Source: Lama glama (lineage: Eukaryota). From it: a stretch of DNA of 64,000 nt. Shown here one piece after another: positions 1-13,994 of the stretch. A model generated the notes under the pieces. That model was not told where the DNA came from, ran no database searches, and saw only the letters and a list, made by a program, of their open reading frames with translations. The stretch lies in NCBI GenBank assembly GCA_028534125.1, contig CM052816.1, positions 96,722,001-96,786,000 of the forward strand. Reading direction: 5' to 3'. Numbering within the stretch: position 1 is the first letter of the stretch; every line of letters starts with the position of its first letter. A program made the position numbers and the translations under genes.

Positions 1-335
1 TATTAATTGAGCCACTTCAGTAATCTTTTCATTAGTGTTAGCTTGTGTACCTTTTATCGATCACTTTAGTTTAACCTATTGCTGCCTTTATATTTAAAGT
101 GAGTTGTGAAGTTTTGGGGTTTTTCTTTTTGTAAACAGCTTATACTTGAGTATTGCTTTTTAATCCAACCCTGGCAATTTATGCCTTTCTACTTGGTGTG
201 TTTAAATCACTTATTTTAATGTGACTATTGATCTGATTATGTTTAATCTACCATACTACGTTTTGTCTTCTCTTTGCTACATCTATTCTTTGCTCCCTAT
301 TTTCTCATTGTCTGCCTTATTTTGGATTGAGTAAA
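1..335 (-). mobile_element. Old L1 fragment (ORF2 5' region)
   Basis: T-rich sequence typical of reverse L1 endonuclease region (ttttaatcca..ggcaatttatgcc..ggtgtgttta..ttttaatgtgactattgat). Confidence 0.6.
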
Positions 336-869
336 TGATTTTCACAGGTACGGGCTACGTGGCAGGTGGGCCTGTGTAATTTCTAGCCCTGTCCGTTACA
401 GGCCATGTACGTTCAGTTAATCTACGTACTCCCCAAGCCTCTGTTCACCTTTTTTCCCTCCTCACACTCTGAGAACTGAATAAAATGGTGTGTGTGGGTG
501 TGCAAGTCTGTAGCCATGACAACTTCTTGATGCTTCAGTTTTGTCATATATAAAATTGGTTTACTTACCTCACAGAGCTGTGTAGGGGTTAAATAATTTA
601 GGCAAGCATAACTCTTCACTCATCACCTTACTCACTGGATTGGGTCCATGACTCTTGACTATCGTTAATAAAAGCCTGTTCCTTCTTTGCTAAGAAAATG
701 AGCATCTGCCTTAGCTCTTGCCACACACAGAGGAATGACAACTGTCATCACTATGACGTGCACACCACTTTTCTAATCTCTATGCATTGCTTTGGGCACC
801 TCAGTTGCCATCGTTCTTCACAACACCCACAGGGAGTATGTTCATTGAGCCTGGTCCTCTACGGGGCAT

Positions 870-1395
870 TGGGAATATGACAGTGGGTAAAAAACAGCAA
901 ATGTTTTTTATCTTTAAGGAACTTATGCTCTGGTTTGGGAGACCATATGGTCTAGTTCAGGAAAGGTTAGTCCAATAACCACACCAATAAATATATAATT
1001 GCACCTGTAAGTGTTTCAGAAGATACGTTCAGGGAAATAACCCATTTGATGAGGGTGGAAATCAATAGACAAGATATGCCAGTAATTAAGACAGAAGGGA
1101 GTTTGTGGAGTAAGGGATGGTGAGTTGTGAAGGTTGGGGATTGTTGCAGATGTAGGGAATAGCACTTGGGAAGAAGGAAGGAACGTGCCTCTTTTGAGGA
1201 CCTTAACGATGATGGATGTGAATGAAGATTAAGAAATGGCAGGGAAAATGGAAGATGAGAGGAAAGAGAGAGTGATACAGAAGTCTGGAGTCTGGACTCT
1301 AGAGGATGTTAAAGGAGCGTCAGTCTTATCCTGAGAACCATGGGAAGCTTTTCAAGTGTTCTAGTCAAAGGCAGTGGTGTGGCTTGATTCAGCAG
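870..1395 (-). mobile_element. L2 fragment
   Basis: Purine-rich degenerate L2 3' pattern. Confidence 0.5.
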
Positions 1396-1406
1396 GAAGG
1401 AGCCAC

Positions 1407-4400
1407 CTGTTCTCACTTTCCACGTGTGGTTGGCTCCCGAGAAAGAACTACTTATTTCCAGAGAAAGCAGAACTCAGGACTACTGACAATCAGCCAGTGT
1501 CCCCTCCCAGTTTCTTCTTTATTAGGTTTTGCCATAAGGAATAGATCATCTTCATTTTCTCTGTGTCTCTATCAGAGCAGAAGGAGATTTTGTACCCATT
1601 TGATCATTCTAGATGGACCTGTATTTTCCAAATGTTTTAGACATCATCCTGCTGCTCCATGACAGGCTGACCAAACCTGTACGTAACTCGATCCACAAAG
1701 ATGAAGGTGTGTGGTTTCAGGTGTGTGTCAGAGGAAGAGCCACAGTTCTGTTCCACATGGTGTGAGTGCTCAGAGTGTCATGGACTTCCTTCATGGGTGG
1801 AAGAAAAAAGAAAGAACTCTGGTAGAGAGCAATCAGTATAAGAAAGAAAAGGACCCCAGGATTTGAATGTTTATGTCTATAAGATGGGATGTTAGTTCCT
1901 CCCTAAGGAATTATTGAAGTCTTCCAATTTCTATGGCCCATTGCATCTCCTCAATTGTAAGAAAGGAAAAGCTTCAGGTTATGATAATGGGAGGTCTTTT
2001 GTGGAGTGTTAAATCATTTTGGATTGGCAATGTGTATTAATTAACTTACTATTGTGTTTTAGTAGATAGCTATGCCTTAAATAATTATGCACACTGATTT
2101 ATAAAGGGACTATTAAATTTGTTAGATTAGCTATTAACTATTAAATTATATAAATTAACTGTATACACTAATAACTACTATGTGTGTTTAATACTTTTCA
2201 AATACGTATATGTATTTTTTTCTCCTGTTTTCTCACCATAACTTATAAAAAGAGATAAACAGGCTCGGTTTTAGAGTTTACATTTTATAGATGTGGAATT
2301 GGAATCAGAGAACATGAGCAACTCATCTAAAGAATCATCAGTTGGGTTAAAGCAAATATTGCTCCAGACAATGTTACTGAGGCAAGTAGACTTTGTTTAA
2401 GGCTATCGCAATAGGAGAGAAAAAACAGAACTGAGTGTGGACTCAACTCTGTGGAACAAAGAAGGCTTTAGTTGGTGGGGTGAGCTAGTGGAAAAGCACC
2501 AGGGGGTCGTTAGGGGATTGGTTGGTCAGTGGAATGTGGATGTGAATGTATCCAACACCTGAGTTATTTCTAAGGTCATAGACATTCTTCTCTATGATGA
2601 GGCCCTCTGTGTTTGCTACGTGGTTCACATTTAAGTTAGCCCTCCACCCAGGGACTGGGAAGACAGGGGCCTATCTTCCCAGATGATTATATTTCAAAGG
2701 GATGGCTGTCAGGTCCTTGAGAAAGAGGTTTCTCTGTCATAAAAATGGCATGGGCTTTAAAAAGATATACATCTAAAAGAAGCAGAGAAATAATTTGCAA
2801 TTTAAATTATCTAAGGCAAATTTTCTCGAAAAGGGAGCTCAGGGGTCTAGAGTCAGGAAGAAGCCTTAGTCAAGCTGAGGGGAACTTGAAGGCCTTTTTG
2901 GTCAGTTGTAAACACTAACTAGAATTGTGAGTACTTCCTACCAGTTTAGTCTTCATTCAGCCCATGGTTTGTCTGTTTCCAGGCTCTCTGCGGATTCCAG
3001 ATGGTGTCCCGTCCAAGACAGGCTCAGTTAATCCTCTTCCAATAAACAGATGAGTGCTGGCCCCTCTCCTCACTGCTATTTCACTTCATTACCTGGAAAG
3101 AACCTCTCAGTCCTTATGAGATGCAGAAACCCTACCTTCACAGAAAAGTGTTAGTGATACAAGACAGTAGCAAATGAATTGAAAACTCTTATTTTTATTT
3201 TATTAACTAGTTGGGGAGAGAAGAAAAGCAGGGAGTGTGAAGAACCTTGCCTTCCTGGTTCACACAGTTGAAATCTTCCTTTGTAAATTTGGTAGGAAAA
3301 AGTGGCACCATTAAAAAATTTATTTTTCCTGCATTTGTGTGTGTCTGGACCCCATTAATTCAGTTAGCCTCTAATAATGTCATTTAGACCACAAGATTAA
3401 CATTTCATTAAGGAACTTAGTATGGAAATTAGGTAACTGCAGAGCAATTATTGCTTGAAAGGGCAAAGTTTTAAAAGGTAGAGTTAATAAGCTGGTGCTT
3501 TTATTAATTAAACATTCTCTGAAGACAGCATCCGCATAATGGGAGAAACGTACATGTATAGAGAGAAAAGGCAGGGGCTCCACCAGGTCTCTCACTGCCT
3601 GAGCAACACAGCGTTAGTCATTCAGCAGGAATCCCATTAACAGTCAGGAGGGTGTTTTGACATGCACCCACTTTGCAAAATATACCTTCTTCCTTCAAAA
3701 TGAATATAATAATTTTCACATCTCAGTATCTTAAGTTTTTGTTTGCATTGGCTTTGGTTTAGTCTCTAAAGATTGTGACCTTTCTTTAGTGAATTCATTC
3801 ATCATGTTTAACTTTTTTATTTAACTTAATATGTTCCAAGCATCAAGCCAGGCCCTGGGTGTATGGTGATGGAGGAGGCAGCTCTGACCCTGCTTTAGAG
3901 GGGCTGAAAGTTTAATGTGAAATTATGACATAAATAAAAATTTCTTAATATCTAAAGGGCCCTGACATTAACTTAGAATTGACTTTGCCCTAAAATACAT
4001 TTATTGTTCAAGTCAGTTTCTGGAGTAAACTCAAAATTAATCTATTGTCTTATATTTCCATTGAACTTTTTAAAAGTTGTAACGGAGTAATAACTAGTGC
4101 TCCCAACTTGAGTTTTCAGTAGTAAGACAATTATTAGTTAAATAATGCACATTCACACAATGGATTATTTTGATGCCATTAAATGATGATTATGAAGAAA
4201 TACTCATGATATAACATTAATTGAAGAAAACAAGACGACATTATAGGTATGCCATCATTACAACTACTAAAAATTGAAAGAAAAAATTGAAATCAGATAC
4301 ATCAAAATACTAATTATGATAATATTAGTTTATTATAATAGGGCTACTGAATGAGAAGGGCTTGTATCAACAACATCACAAGGTAACAACTACCAAAGCC

Positions 4401-4529
4401 CTGGGGCTTAGGGTGGGTGGCTGCAGGACCACTTGACATGCACTAGAAGGCCGAACACTGACGTGTTAACTCACCTGGTAAATTATGAAACATGTGCTGT
4501 CTTAGTGTTTGTCCTCTAGTAATCAGGGA
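1407..4529 (-). pseudogene. 3' fossil exons (4475-4529, 3554-3692, 3034-3135, 1407-1676)
   Basis: Donor CAG|GTGAGT at 4475. Frameshifted peptides RRYI..LLTVN.FLLND...RDLVE, RVSASHKD...PALIC..WKR and |FGQ...GGD follow the recalled RGSL1 C-terminus KRRIFGHRIITVNFAINDL, VNVPEFQKD...PVVMYFWKRF and GGDN in order. Confidence 0.6.
2341..2905 (-). mobile_element. ERV1 solo LTR (MER31-like) inserted in a MIR remnant
   Basis: Motifs gcaataggagaga..gactcaactc, ttatatttcaaagggatggct and terminal ttggtca. Confidence 0.6.
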
Positions 4530-4593
4530 CTGAGTTAGATTTTATGAGGACTGAAGTTTGTAATTTATGAACTTATGCAATTTGCTTATTTTA

Positions 4594-5750
4594 AAGGTAG
4601 ATTTTATTATTTAGAGCAGTTTTAGATTCACAGCAAAGTTAAGTACAGACAGTCCCACATGGCCCTTCCCCACACAAATGCATGGCCTCCCTCACTGTCA
4701 ACATTCCGCACCAGCGCGGTACATTTGTTACAATCCATGAACCTACACTGGTACATCACCCAAAGTCCATAGTGCAAATCAAGTTTCACTTGGTGTCCAT
4801 TCTGTGGGTTTGGACAAATGTGTAATGACAGACATTCTTTATAGAATCACATAGAGTATTTTCACTGCCCTGAAAATCCTCTGTGCCCTGCCTGTTCATC
4901 TTCCCCTTCCACAACCCCCAGCAACCACTAATCTTTGTAATGTCATCGTAGCTTTGCCTTCTTGAGACTGTCATAGAGTTAGAATCATACAGGATGTAGC
5001 CTTTTCAGATTGGCTTCTTTCACTTAGTGATATTCATTCAAGGTTCCCCCATGTCTTTTACTGGTTTAAAAGCACATTTCTTTTCAGCATTGAATAATAT
5101 TCCATTGTCTGGATGCACCACAGTTTATTTATCCATTCATCTACTGAAGGGCATCTTGATTGCTTCTAAGTTCTGAAAATTATGAATAAAATTGCTATAA
5201 GCATATGTGTGTATTTTTTATGTGTATATAGGTTTTCAGCTTATTTGGGAAAATAGAGATTGTAATTGCTGGATCATATGGTCAAATGACGTTTAATGAC
5301 AAAACTATCTTTCAGAGTACATTCCCACTGGCAAAGTATGAGACTTCCTGTTGCTTCACATCCTCAGCAACAATTAATGTTGTTAGTGTTTTGGATTTTG
5401 TCCATTCTAATAGCTGTGTAGTGGCATCTCATTGTTTTAATTTGCAATTTCTTAATGACATATCTGTATATATCTGTATATCTTGCCATCTGTATATCTT
5501 CATTCGAGAGGCGTCTGTTCAAATCTTTTTTCCTCATTTTAAAATCAGATTGTTTTCTTATTGTTGAGTTTTAAGAATTCTTTGTGTATTTTAGATAACA
5601 GTCCTTTATCAGATATGTCTTTGGCTAATATTTTCTCCTGGCTTGTCTTCTCATTTTCTTAACAGTAGCTTTACAGAGCAAAAGTTTTTAATTTTAATGA
5701 GCTTCAGCTTATCAATACTTTCTTTCATGAATTATGCCTTTAGTATTGTA
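4594..5750 (-). mobile_element. L1M (MB/MC-type) 3' end
   Basis: ttagagcagttttagattcacagcaaa, ggcttctttcacttagtgat, attccattgtctggatgcaccacagtttatt. Confidence 0.85.
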
Positions 5751-5956
5751 CAATTTATTTTTTAGAATATTTTCATTCATACCAAATAATGAATAAAAAT
5801 TGCAAGATCTGTTCCCAGGGTCTTATAGGGGCTCATGAAGTCAAGGGCTCTGATGTCAAAGCTTCATTTGCTCCATAGCAACATCTTGTGGGAAGACCCT
5901 GTACTGTTACTTCCAAATGTGCCTCTTTCTCTACCTTTGGCCAATCACCTCTCTCC

Positions 5957-5958
5957 AC

Positions 5959-5995
<37 letters not shown>
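5957..5995. repeat. (CA)n microsatellite
   Basis: Direct reading. Confidence 0.95.
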
Positions 5996-6009
5996 TTAAG
6001 CACACATAC

Positions 6010-7387
6010 GAACTCTTTTATTTGTCCCTAGTAGGCTATTGCATAATTGAAGCAATAGTAGCAACAAATTAATCAAACAAAGTGAAAGCAGAATTTCCAA
6101 TAGTCTAGAAATCTCGCCCTGCTGGTTATGCTCCACGGGAGTTTGTGTCTTGTTTTCTGACTTCCGTGGACACATGGTCAGATTTTGACTGGTGAACCTA
6201 TAGGGCAGATTATTCATAAATTCTTATCTCTGCATAACAGAATCCAATGAAATGATTTACATTCTTAAGAGATACTTTAATTCAGCAATTTTCAAACAGG
6301 AAGTTGAGGTTCATGATCTATAATTAATTTAATGAATTGGAAAATATTATAAAATATGATGTGAAATAATAGAACAGAATAGAAGAGAATACATAGAATG
6401 AAAAATATGATGATGAGATATATATAGACATATATATGTATATAAAACCAAAATACACATATATGGTAACAACTGTCCTTGAAACCTCTGTTTCTCTTTG
6501 TGAATGTGTGTGTGCTGGTTGTCATGTGGAGTGCAATTTTAATTCAGTATAGTGATCAAACATAAAGACTGAGAGCCATTTTTCTGAGTAATAAACATTC
6601 ACTCTAGGACAACATAAAACTTTATTTTTGAATACTTGAATACATACCGAAGTGTACCCGCTGTTGGGGTACTTGTGTATGTGTCTTCTTTTAGCCTTCA
6701 AAATTCAATAGAATCCTGCTGATACATTTATGTTTGGCGGCACGTTAAATTTTGTATAAAGATTAAGATCTATTACTTGCCACTTTGTGCATTTTGCAGT
6801 TGAAACTGTTGACTCTCCTGTGTTTTCTGGTCCTGCCCATTAAACTCTTGTTCATGGAATGGTTTCTCTTAATGAAACATGAGACAGGCAAAGGAATAAT
6901 TCATTTTTATCCTTGAACAGCCAAGGAAAGAGACTATGAGATGATGGACTTGGAGGACCCTATAATTACCTTTATTTTACATAATAGAGAACATAAAATA
7001 CCAAAGGGGTAGGCTTTCCCTCAATAAAGAGACCAGTGGTTCTTTTTTACCCCTTGAGCACATAGACACAGTTTTCTAATCATCACTCCCAGCAAATTAC
7101 TTCAACATCCCTGAGCTGTGAAGGGCTCAGGTTGGGCCATTTTAATTCCCTGTGTCCTCTTTGTCCTGCTTTTGGTCCCTGAGTACAAAACCAGTCGTAG
7201 CTGAGGCTGCCTACCTTGGGAAGCTTCATCCTGAGGCCAGCTTGGCCTTTCCAGAAAGATTTTAATGCTTGTTGTAGGCTGTGGTTATGACTGAGATGAT
7301 TTAAGCCGATGGGGGAGCCAAGATAATCAGCTGACTACAGCATGGTTAAGGGGAGGTGTTCATAGCAAGACAGTGAGCTGGATTATT
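6010..7387 (-). pseudogene. Three phase-linked fossil exons (7215-7387, 6781-6867, 6010-6197)
   Basis: Phases chain through 1, 1 and 0; GC donor GTG|GCAAGT at 6781; peptides HAVVS*LSWLPHRLKS and DYWKFCFHFV*LICCYYCFNYAIAY*GQIKEF, the latter like recalled RGSL1 GWMRMISFIRSFCKYRRFMLNPSKRQEF. Confidence 0.65.
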
Positions 7388-10215
7388 CTGCATCATATTA
7401 GAAATTAAAACTAATATCAGTAAATTGCAATTAGTAGATTACAGAAAGTACATTTGGATTGGAGTACAAAGGCCCTCCATTCCTTTTGTGCCTTCATCTT
7501 ACTATTAATTTTTCCCAAAAGACATCATTGTAAACTTTACATCAGATTCCATCAGTTTAATATACATTTTTCAAGAATATCAATGTTATAACCACCTATT
7601 AATATTTCAACTTAAAAGTCCTTTATTTAGTAATACTAGCAGTACATATCAATTAATGAAATCTCTTTTAAAAGCAAATTAAAATGTGAAAAATTATCAT
7701 TTGTATTTTAAACTCAGTGTATGATATAAATTTTGAATGAATTAAAAATGAATAATTTTAATTAAAAGCAAGTCATTAATTAAAATAATATTTATTTACA
7801 TTATCTACACATCATAGCAGGTGATATGAATTGGAGTGTCTTTAGCAAGATACACATGATGAGTGCAAATAGGTATTTTGGAGTTAGTATCTATTTGTTT
7901 ATTGGTTATGTGCCTTTATTTAAAATAACCTAATTGCACTTATAGTTAAGAATATATAATACATATTTATGGGAGTTGTGCATTAATCTTCTAATGGGCT
8001 CCATTGCCTTTAACTGTAGCACATTCAGCACATCCTAAACATCACAGCCAATGTTTTTCTTCTTAAACCTCCCCCCCAATATTTTTTTTCACATCATTAT
8101 GTCTCTTTATACCTTGAGAAATGCGCAGGCTGCCTAAGCCACTCTGCTCCCCTCCCCTTCTCCATGCTGTGCGTGTCAGACCTGTGTTCCCAGCGCTGGG
8201 GAGGTTCTCCACATCAGCTACTGCTTGGGCTCCTCACTTAGTATTTTCCCCCGCTCTACTGTGTTGTTTGATAACATCCATGACTGTGCCCTTCCTCCAT
8301 CGCTCAACAGCAAGTTCACTCATATCCTCCTCTGTATCTTCAACATGTGCCACTGTGCTTTGGACATACAGGTAGTCAAACATCCTAATTAACTGATTCA
8401 GGCATGTAGCTTTTCATTACTTAATGGAAAACATTGTGACATTTCACACTGCTTTATAGCCCTTGGCATTTACACATTCAGCATTTTCCATATAAAATGT
8501 TTACAAACACCCCTGAAGGTGCCTAATATGTAGTAATTTGTAGTTATGTTGAGGCATAAATTAGAATAATCATATGCATCCCATCTCAAAGAAATGTTAT
8601 TGTTCTCATTTAATTTATGTATTTATTTCTCAAAATAGCTCTGTGAGTTGGGTATTACCATTCCAGTTTTATAGAAGAGGAAACTGAAGAAAATATATTC
8701 TCTAGTTGAAGGTGTGAAAAATAATTTGTTATTAACTTGGGATATGTTTCTCAGCCATATTTTTGATCTACTGTCTTGGGATTTTGTAACTTATTTCTAG
8801 TAAAATGGTGTCAGTAATGTAGCTCTTAATGAAAGGAATGGATTCTGCAGTGTATTTGTATATGAGATTTGGGAATAAGACACCTCAGACCTTATTTGGA
8901 ATTAGGAGAAGCACAATTCATACACATATAAATTGATGGATACCACTGCCGTTGTAATTATAGTATCAGTACTATAATAATAATCAATAGTAAAAAATAC
9001 TGAATTTGAAATGTGGGTTTTACACATTATTTGGGAAGCACTTTGAAGTTTACAAGCTTCACTCCTCAGCCATGTCTGCAACTTCGAAGTATGTTGTTGT
9101 ATGTCTTGTTCCCTTTGCAACTACCACTGAGGTAACAACAAAATTCCATGGTAATGATAATCATACTTATTCAATAGGTTTACAGTGGTAAAATGTGTAA
9201 TCACAATAAATCATAATCACAATAAAATGAAATGGAAGGTTTTTTATAAAGTTTTGAACTTATAAGTCTTTGACCACCTAAGTTTTCTTTAAAATAAACT
9301 TGTGTATTGTGTTTAGACTGGTTAGCTGTTGCCTAAATTCCTTTCTGTGAGGATTAACTAATCTGCTTTCCCCTTGGGTCCAGAAGTCGGCCTTTCATTT
9401 AGACAGGGTATGGGAGTTGACACAGACCCATGACGGAGGCTGCGGACACATAGCTTTTATAAAGATAACACAGCCATAGACAGTCACAGCCATATAGAAG
9501 TTCATGCTTTTAACACATAAGCCTACTTTGGATTTTTTCCTAAGAAAATTACTCAATTGAATTAAATGACCATCTATATGAAGGTACATATTATTTTATT
9601 TATGATAGGAAATAAATAAATGTAACTATAGTATCCAAAAGGATGGAAGTGCTTAGTAAACACTGTTATGGAATTTAATAGCTTGGAAACATGAAAACAA
9701 ATATGGAGGCCAGGTATAAACATTAAAAATGTTTTTAATTGCTACTTTTCATCTGTTTGCACATATGTAAATATACTTGTGTGTTTGTATGTGTGCACAC
9801 ACACACACAAAACTATGTACAGATGTTTCTGTTATAAAACCGTACACTATTCTTGACAAATTTTGCATTCTGTAAAACCTCACACTAAAATCAGCGTGAC
9901 TCACAGGAACAAAACCTTTGCAAACCAAGGAGAACAATTATCAGTACCTGCAGAGATGACGTGGCAGTTCAGCACAGTTAGGAGTTTATTTTGGATATAT
10001 TAAGAGCACATAGAAATAGTACCATGGGCATGCGAACCTGTAGGCACTGAGACAGCACACTTGGAAGCAGAGATCTGAGCAAACAAGGCTGCCATTAAGG
10101 TGAGCACTGATGGACATGCAACCTACTGCAGCCTGAAAATCACTCCAGGTTGGAGGCAGCCTCGCTGGGGAAGGAGAAATTCTAGGTGGCTTTGGGTTTG
10201 ATGATGAATTTTTAC

Positions 10216-10445
10216 ATACAAAATGAAAGGCATGACCCATGAAAGAAAGAACCGATAAGCCAGACTTTATTAAAAGTAAAAAAATTCTTCTCTGTGAGAG
10301 ACACTGTCAAAAGAGTGGAAAGACAAGCCATAGACTGAGGGAAAATATTTGCAAATGCCATGTCTAAAAAAGACTGATGTCCAAAATATACAAAGAATTC
10401 TTAAAACTCAACAATAAGAAAACAAACAACTTGACTAAAAAGTGG
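10216..10445 (+). mobile_element. L1 ORF2 3' fragment
   Basis: agacaagccatagactgagggaaaatatttgcaaat...ccaaaatatacaaagaattcttaaaactcaacaataag. Confidence 0.8.
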
Positions 10446-10804
10446 GTTTGTATTTCACCACCATGACTACGTTAATTCCTATAATGATCCACAATCTACC
10501 TTTAAGATATCTGCGTTACGTTAAGTTTTGATGTCTGTATATCTGCGATACTACCTGAGGTGGCTTCTGGGTATACAGCACTCATATCTATGTTGAAACA
10601 TGCTTTTTGAACTTTGTTTATTGTTTTCTTTGTGTAGACTTAGCTAACGTGTATTTTCTGCATCACATTTCTTCTTAGGATGCTCAGTGGGGATTTGATA
10701 CATGTTAGTTTTGTCACACAGTCAAAAGCCATGTTTCCAGGAAAGTCTGTGGGTTATAAATGAAAGGTACAGTCAGCATCTTCAATATTGTTTTGTGAAA
10801 ACTC

Positions 10805-10925
10805 TGTTTTCTCAGCCAGGGCTCTATTGACATTTGGGTCAGACAGTTCTTTGTTCTGGGACCTGTCTTGTGTCTACCAGCACCCCTGGGCTCTACCCAC
10901 CAATTGCCAGCAACAGCAATGTAAA
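10805..10925. mobile_element. MER20-like DNA transposon fragment
   Basis: ctcagccagggctctattgacatttgggtcagacagttctttgtt...gcacccctgggctctaccc. Confidence 0.6.
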
Positions 10926-11943
10926 ACAAGCCAAATAAAGTCAGTTAATACTTAGATGATCTAATATTTAAGGAGATCATACAATTCCCAAGGATACAAT
11001 GGAAAGTCATTGCTTTTTCTTACCTGATCTTACCACCTTCTTGGTACATGCAAGTTGATAAAAATAACTAGCTATTTTAAATGTAAAGATAAAGATAATG
11101 CCCAGATAAAAATAAGTATCATTGTTATGTTAACAAATATAAAGGAAAGTAAAAATATACCCTTCTTCTAGTGCTAAGGTTTGCCTATAAATATATACCT
11201 AGTTCTAAAACATAGTCTTAGTAATCATTTTAAAAGCCTTAAGATTATAACCAACAACCTTCTCTGAATTCTGGTATTTTCAAAAGTCAGGAGAATATAA
11301 AAATGAGAACAGTCTGAGTTCTCCAACTTGAAATAATAAGACAAGACCTTCATGAGCTATTTTGATCACAGAGGGAAATATGAAGCCGAATAAAGAAAGC
11401 TATGACCCTTGACATCATGATACCTGTTGTAACAAGACATCTATGAATTTCCATATGTTCACTCTAAGAATCTTCCAAAAATAATCATTTTTTGGAGCAT
11501 GGAAGTAATTAACCACTAATGTCTATTTTAGAATAAAGGTTAAAGAGAGGAAAGTTTGCCCAAAGCGTAAAAAATTCCACACATCGGAAAATATGTATCG
11601 TATTCTTTTATAGAACAGGCTTTTGTATTTGAGTAAAAAAAACACACTGATTTTAAGCTTTGAGAGGAATTTTAAGAATATGAACAACTCCTGACATTAT
11701 CAGAAGAAAGACATTATTGCAGGCAGCTTTTCACTTGAAAGAGATTAAACTGCTGCCACTGAATGCTGCTTTGTCAGGTATAGACAGCTTTGCAGGAGGA
11801 AGCCTAGCCAAAAGTGCAGGGAATTCTGTTTAATGTATTTATCAAGAGGGAAAAATGAAAAAGAAATGCCAACACTCAGCATTAGAAAGGATGGCAGCAG
11901 GCACTGCTGTGTTGTTGATTGGTGACAAGTGAGTAATTCTTTT

Positions 11944-12486
11944 TATTAGTCAGGGTTCTCTAGAGAACCAGAACTAATAGGAGATTATTTACGTATATAA
12001 ATAAACATATTATAAACATATAAAGACATATAAAGAATTGGCTCAAGTGATTATGGAGGCCAAGAAGTCCCATGGCCCGCCATTTGCAAGTTGGAGACTC
12101 AGGAAAGCCAGCAGTGTACTTCAGCCTTAGTCCAAAGGCCTGAGAACTCTGGGCACTGAACATGTAGATTCCAGTCCGAATCTAAAGGCCGGAAAGTCAG
12201 GAGCTCCAAAGGCAGAAGTAGATCAACGTCCCAGCTCCCACAGTCAGGCAGGAAGTGCCCACTCCTTCCTTCCTTCAACTTCTTGTTAATTTTGGTCCTC
12301 AGTAGATTGCCTGAAGCTCACCCACGTGGGGGACAGGTAGGGGTGCTGCCTGATTTACTGAGTCTACCAATTCAGACACTGTTTTCATCTGGAAACACTC
12401 TCATAGACAGACCTAAAAATAATGTTTAGCCAAATATCTGGATGTCCCACGATCCTGTCAAGTCGACACATAAAATTAGCCATCAT
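11944..12486 (-). mobile_element. MLT2-type (ERVL) LTR
   Basis: tattagtcagggttctctagagaaccagaac...caagtcgacacataaaattagccatca termini. Confidence 0.85.
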
Positions 12487-13099
12487 ATAACCCTAACTTT
12501 TAACTCCGAATTTTACTTGTCCTACAATAACTTATACAAAGATGTTCATTGCAACCCATAGTAATAAGTGTTTTAAAATAACCTACATTTCCTTTAATAG
12601 GAGATTGTCTAAATAGACTTAGTTAATTCTTGTGATGGCACATTCTGAAGCTTTTAAAATGAGTGAGGTAGATTCTATACTTACTGACATGAAAATGTGT
12701 TGTGATGTAATATTATGTTTAAAAAAAGGCAGAAATGAAGCAGTGTGTACAATCCCATGTACTGCAGCAATGTTAATGTCTCGGTTGTGATGAACGCACT
12801 GTGTTAGACATTAACATTAGGAGAAGCTGGGTGAAGCATATCCAGGAATCCTGTACTCTTTTTGGAAATCTATAAATCCAAAATTATTTCAGAATATAAA
12901 GGTAAATGTACATATTACAGGACATTTACACTCAACGATGAATACTATACTGTATAGTTAATTATTAACATGGAACAGAATTGTCAAAATAAGTTATAAA
13001 TATGGGAGGAAAATACGAAGATTTGTTAGCAATTGTCCTATGTTAAATCATAGTGAGGCTGGTGTAAAACAGTGAACACAGATATCTGTGCCTCCTGAC

Positions 13100-13513
13100 C
13101 TCATCTCACACAGAGCCGTTTGCAGAAGAGGCAGGAGTGAGGGCTGTTAAACAGGCGGAGGCTGGCGCTGCCAGCCCCAAGTGGTAGGTCCTTTAATGCT
13201 TGATCTGTTGACTCAGGTAAGTAATGTGTTGTGTGAATCATTCTACCAGTCTGGACTTGGTTCTTTGACAAACACTGAGGCCTCCAGGGAACTTTGTGGA
13301 GGGAGTGGGAGCTGGACTCCCTTCCCACTGGACAGGGAGGTTACAGAGGTTCTGAACATTGATTTTTCTTGGGCGAAATGTGCTTTTGTTAAGTCCACCC
13401 GCACTCCAGCATATCCCTTTGAACTGCCCCCGCAGGTGATACAGTCCCATTCCCTCCCTTATGGCACAGCTTCTGATAGAAAGAGCCGGGAGGAGTCCCG
13501 ATATCATCAGCCT
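13100..13513 (-). pseudogene. Fossil exon KADDIGTPPGSFYQKLCHKGG...SLRLFNSPHSCLFCKRLCVR
   Basis: Long pyrimidine tract then cccacag|; donor GAG|GTCAGG; resembles recalled RGSL1 TDITKMSFEELCYKN and LLNTQHLEFFREFL; internal stop and frameshift. Confidence 0.65.
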
Positions 13514-13899
13514 CTGTGGGTATAAAGCACTAGAGTATTGACAAGAAAGAGAGAAGAGGAGAATCATAAATACAGTGACTGAACCAGGAACGTGACCAAC
13601 CAGCCACGTCAGAAAATATGTACACGTTTAACGTATAACTGTTTCCTGCTGTTTTTGGAGAAATGGAACAAAATCAAAGTTCACCCATATTTTCATAAAC
13701 AAAATAGAGTGTCAACATTATTTTGAAATGATGGAGTCTGGGTCTAATTTGTAGCCCAGGAAGAACAAGCTTGTCTCATCCATGGAGTCGTCTCTCCTTG
13801 AATGTCTATCCAAATGTAATGAGAGTTCAGGGCAGGAATCAGGCCCAGAAGACAGGGTGTCACAGGTCTCAAAAGGCAGAGTGAAAGCAGGCAGCTTAC

Positions 13900-13994
13900 T
13901 TTAAGTCACGTCTCCCTTTGTCAAAAGTAAGTGAAGGGGCCAAAGGCAGACTTCACCCTCTGCTCATGTTTTCGATAGGCCGGCTTGGATCGCA
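13900..13994 (-). pseudogene. Fossil exon AIQAGLSKT*AEGEVCLWPLHLLLTKGDVT*
   Basis: Acceptor ttcaactttgcag|, donor AAA|GTAAGC; phase 2 to 1 fits both neighbours; resembles recalled RGSL1 IQQSLELSQALAD...W...DLKQGG. Confidence 0.6.

Larger units (their letters stand above)
9001..11071 (-). pseudogene. Three small fossil exons (11024-11071, 9948-10037, 9001-9126)
   Basis: Donors CAG|GTAAGA, CAG|GTACTG and TCA|GTATTT with AG acceptors; peptides VRMPMVLFLCALN and KLQSASQIMCKTHISNS are weakly RGS-like. Confidence 0.45.

Noticed and set aside
1575..3053. Plus-strand exon pair 1575-1678 and 2983-3053
   Set aside because: The first has stops in all three frames, and both overlap or abut better-supported minus-strand fossil exons.
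13238..13567. 109-aa minus ORF as an intact terminal exon
   Set aside because: The RGSL1-like motif lies in another frame that fits the phase of exon 13900-13994, and the exon chain continues downstream.
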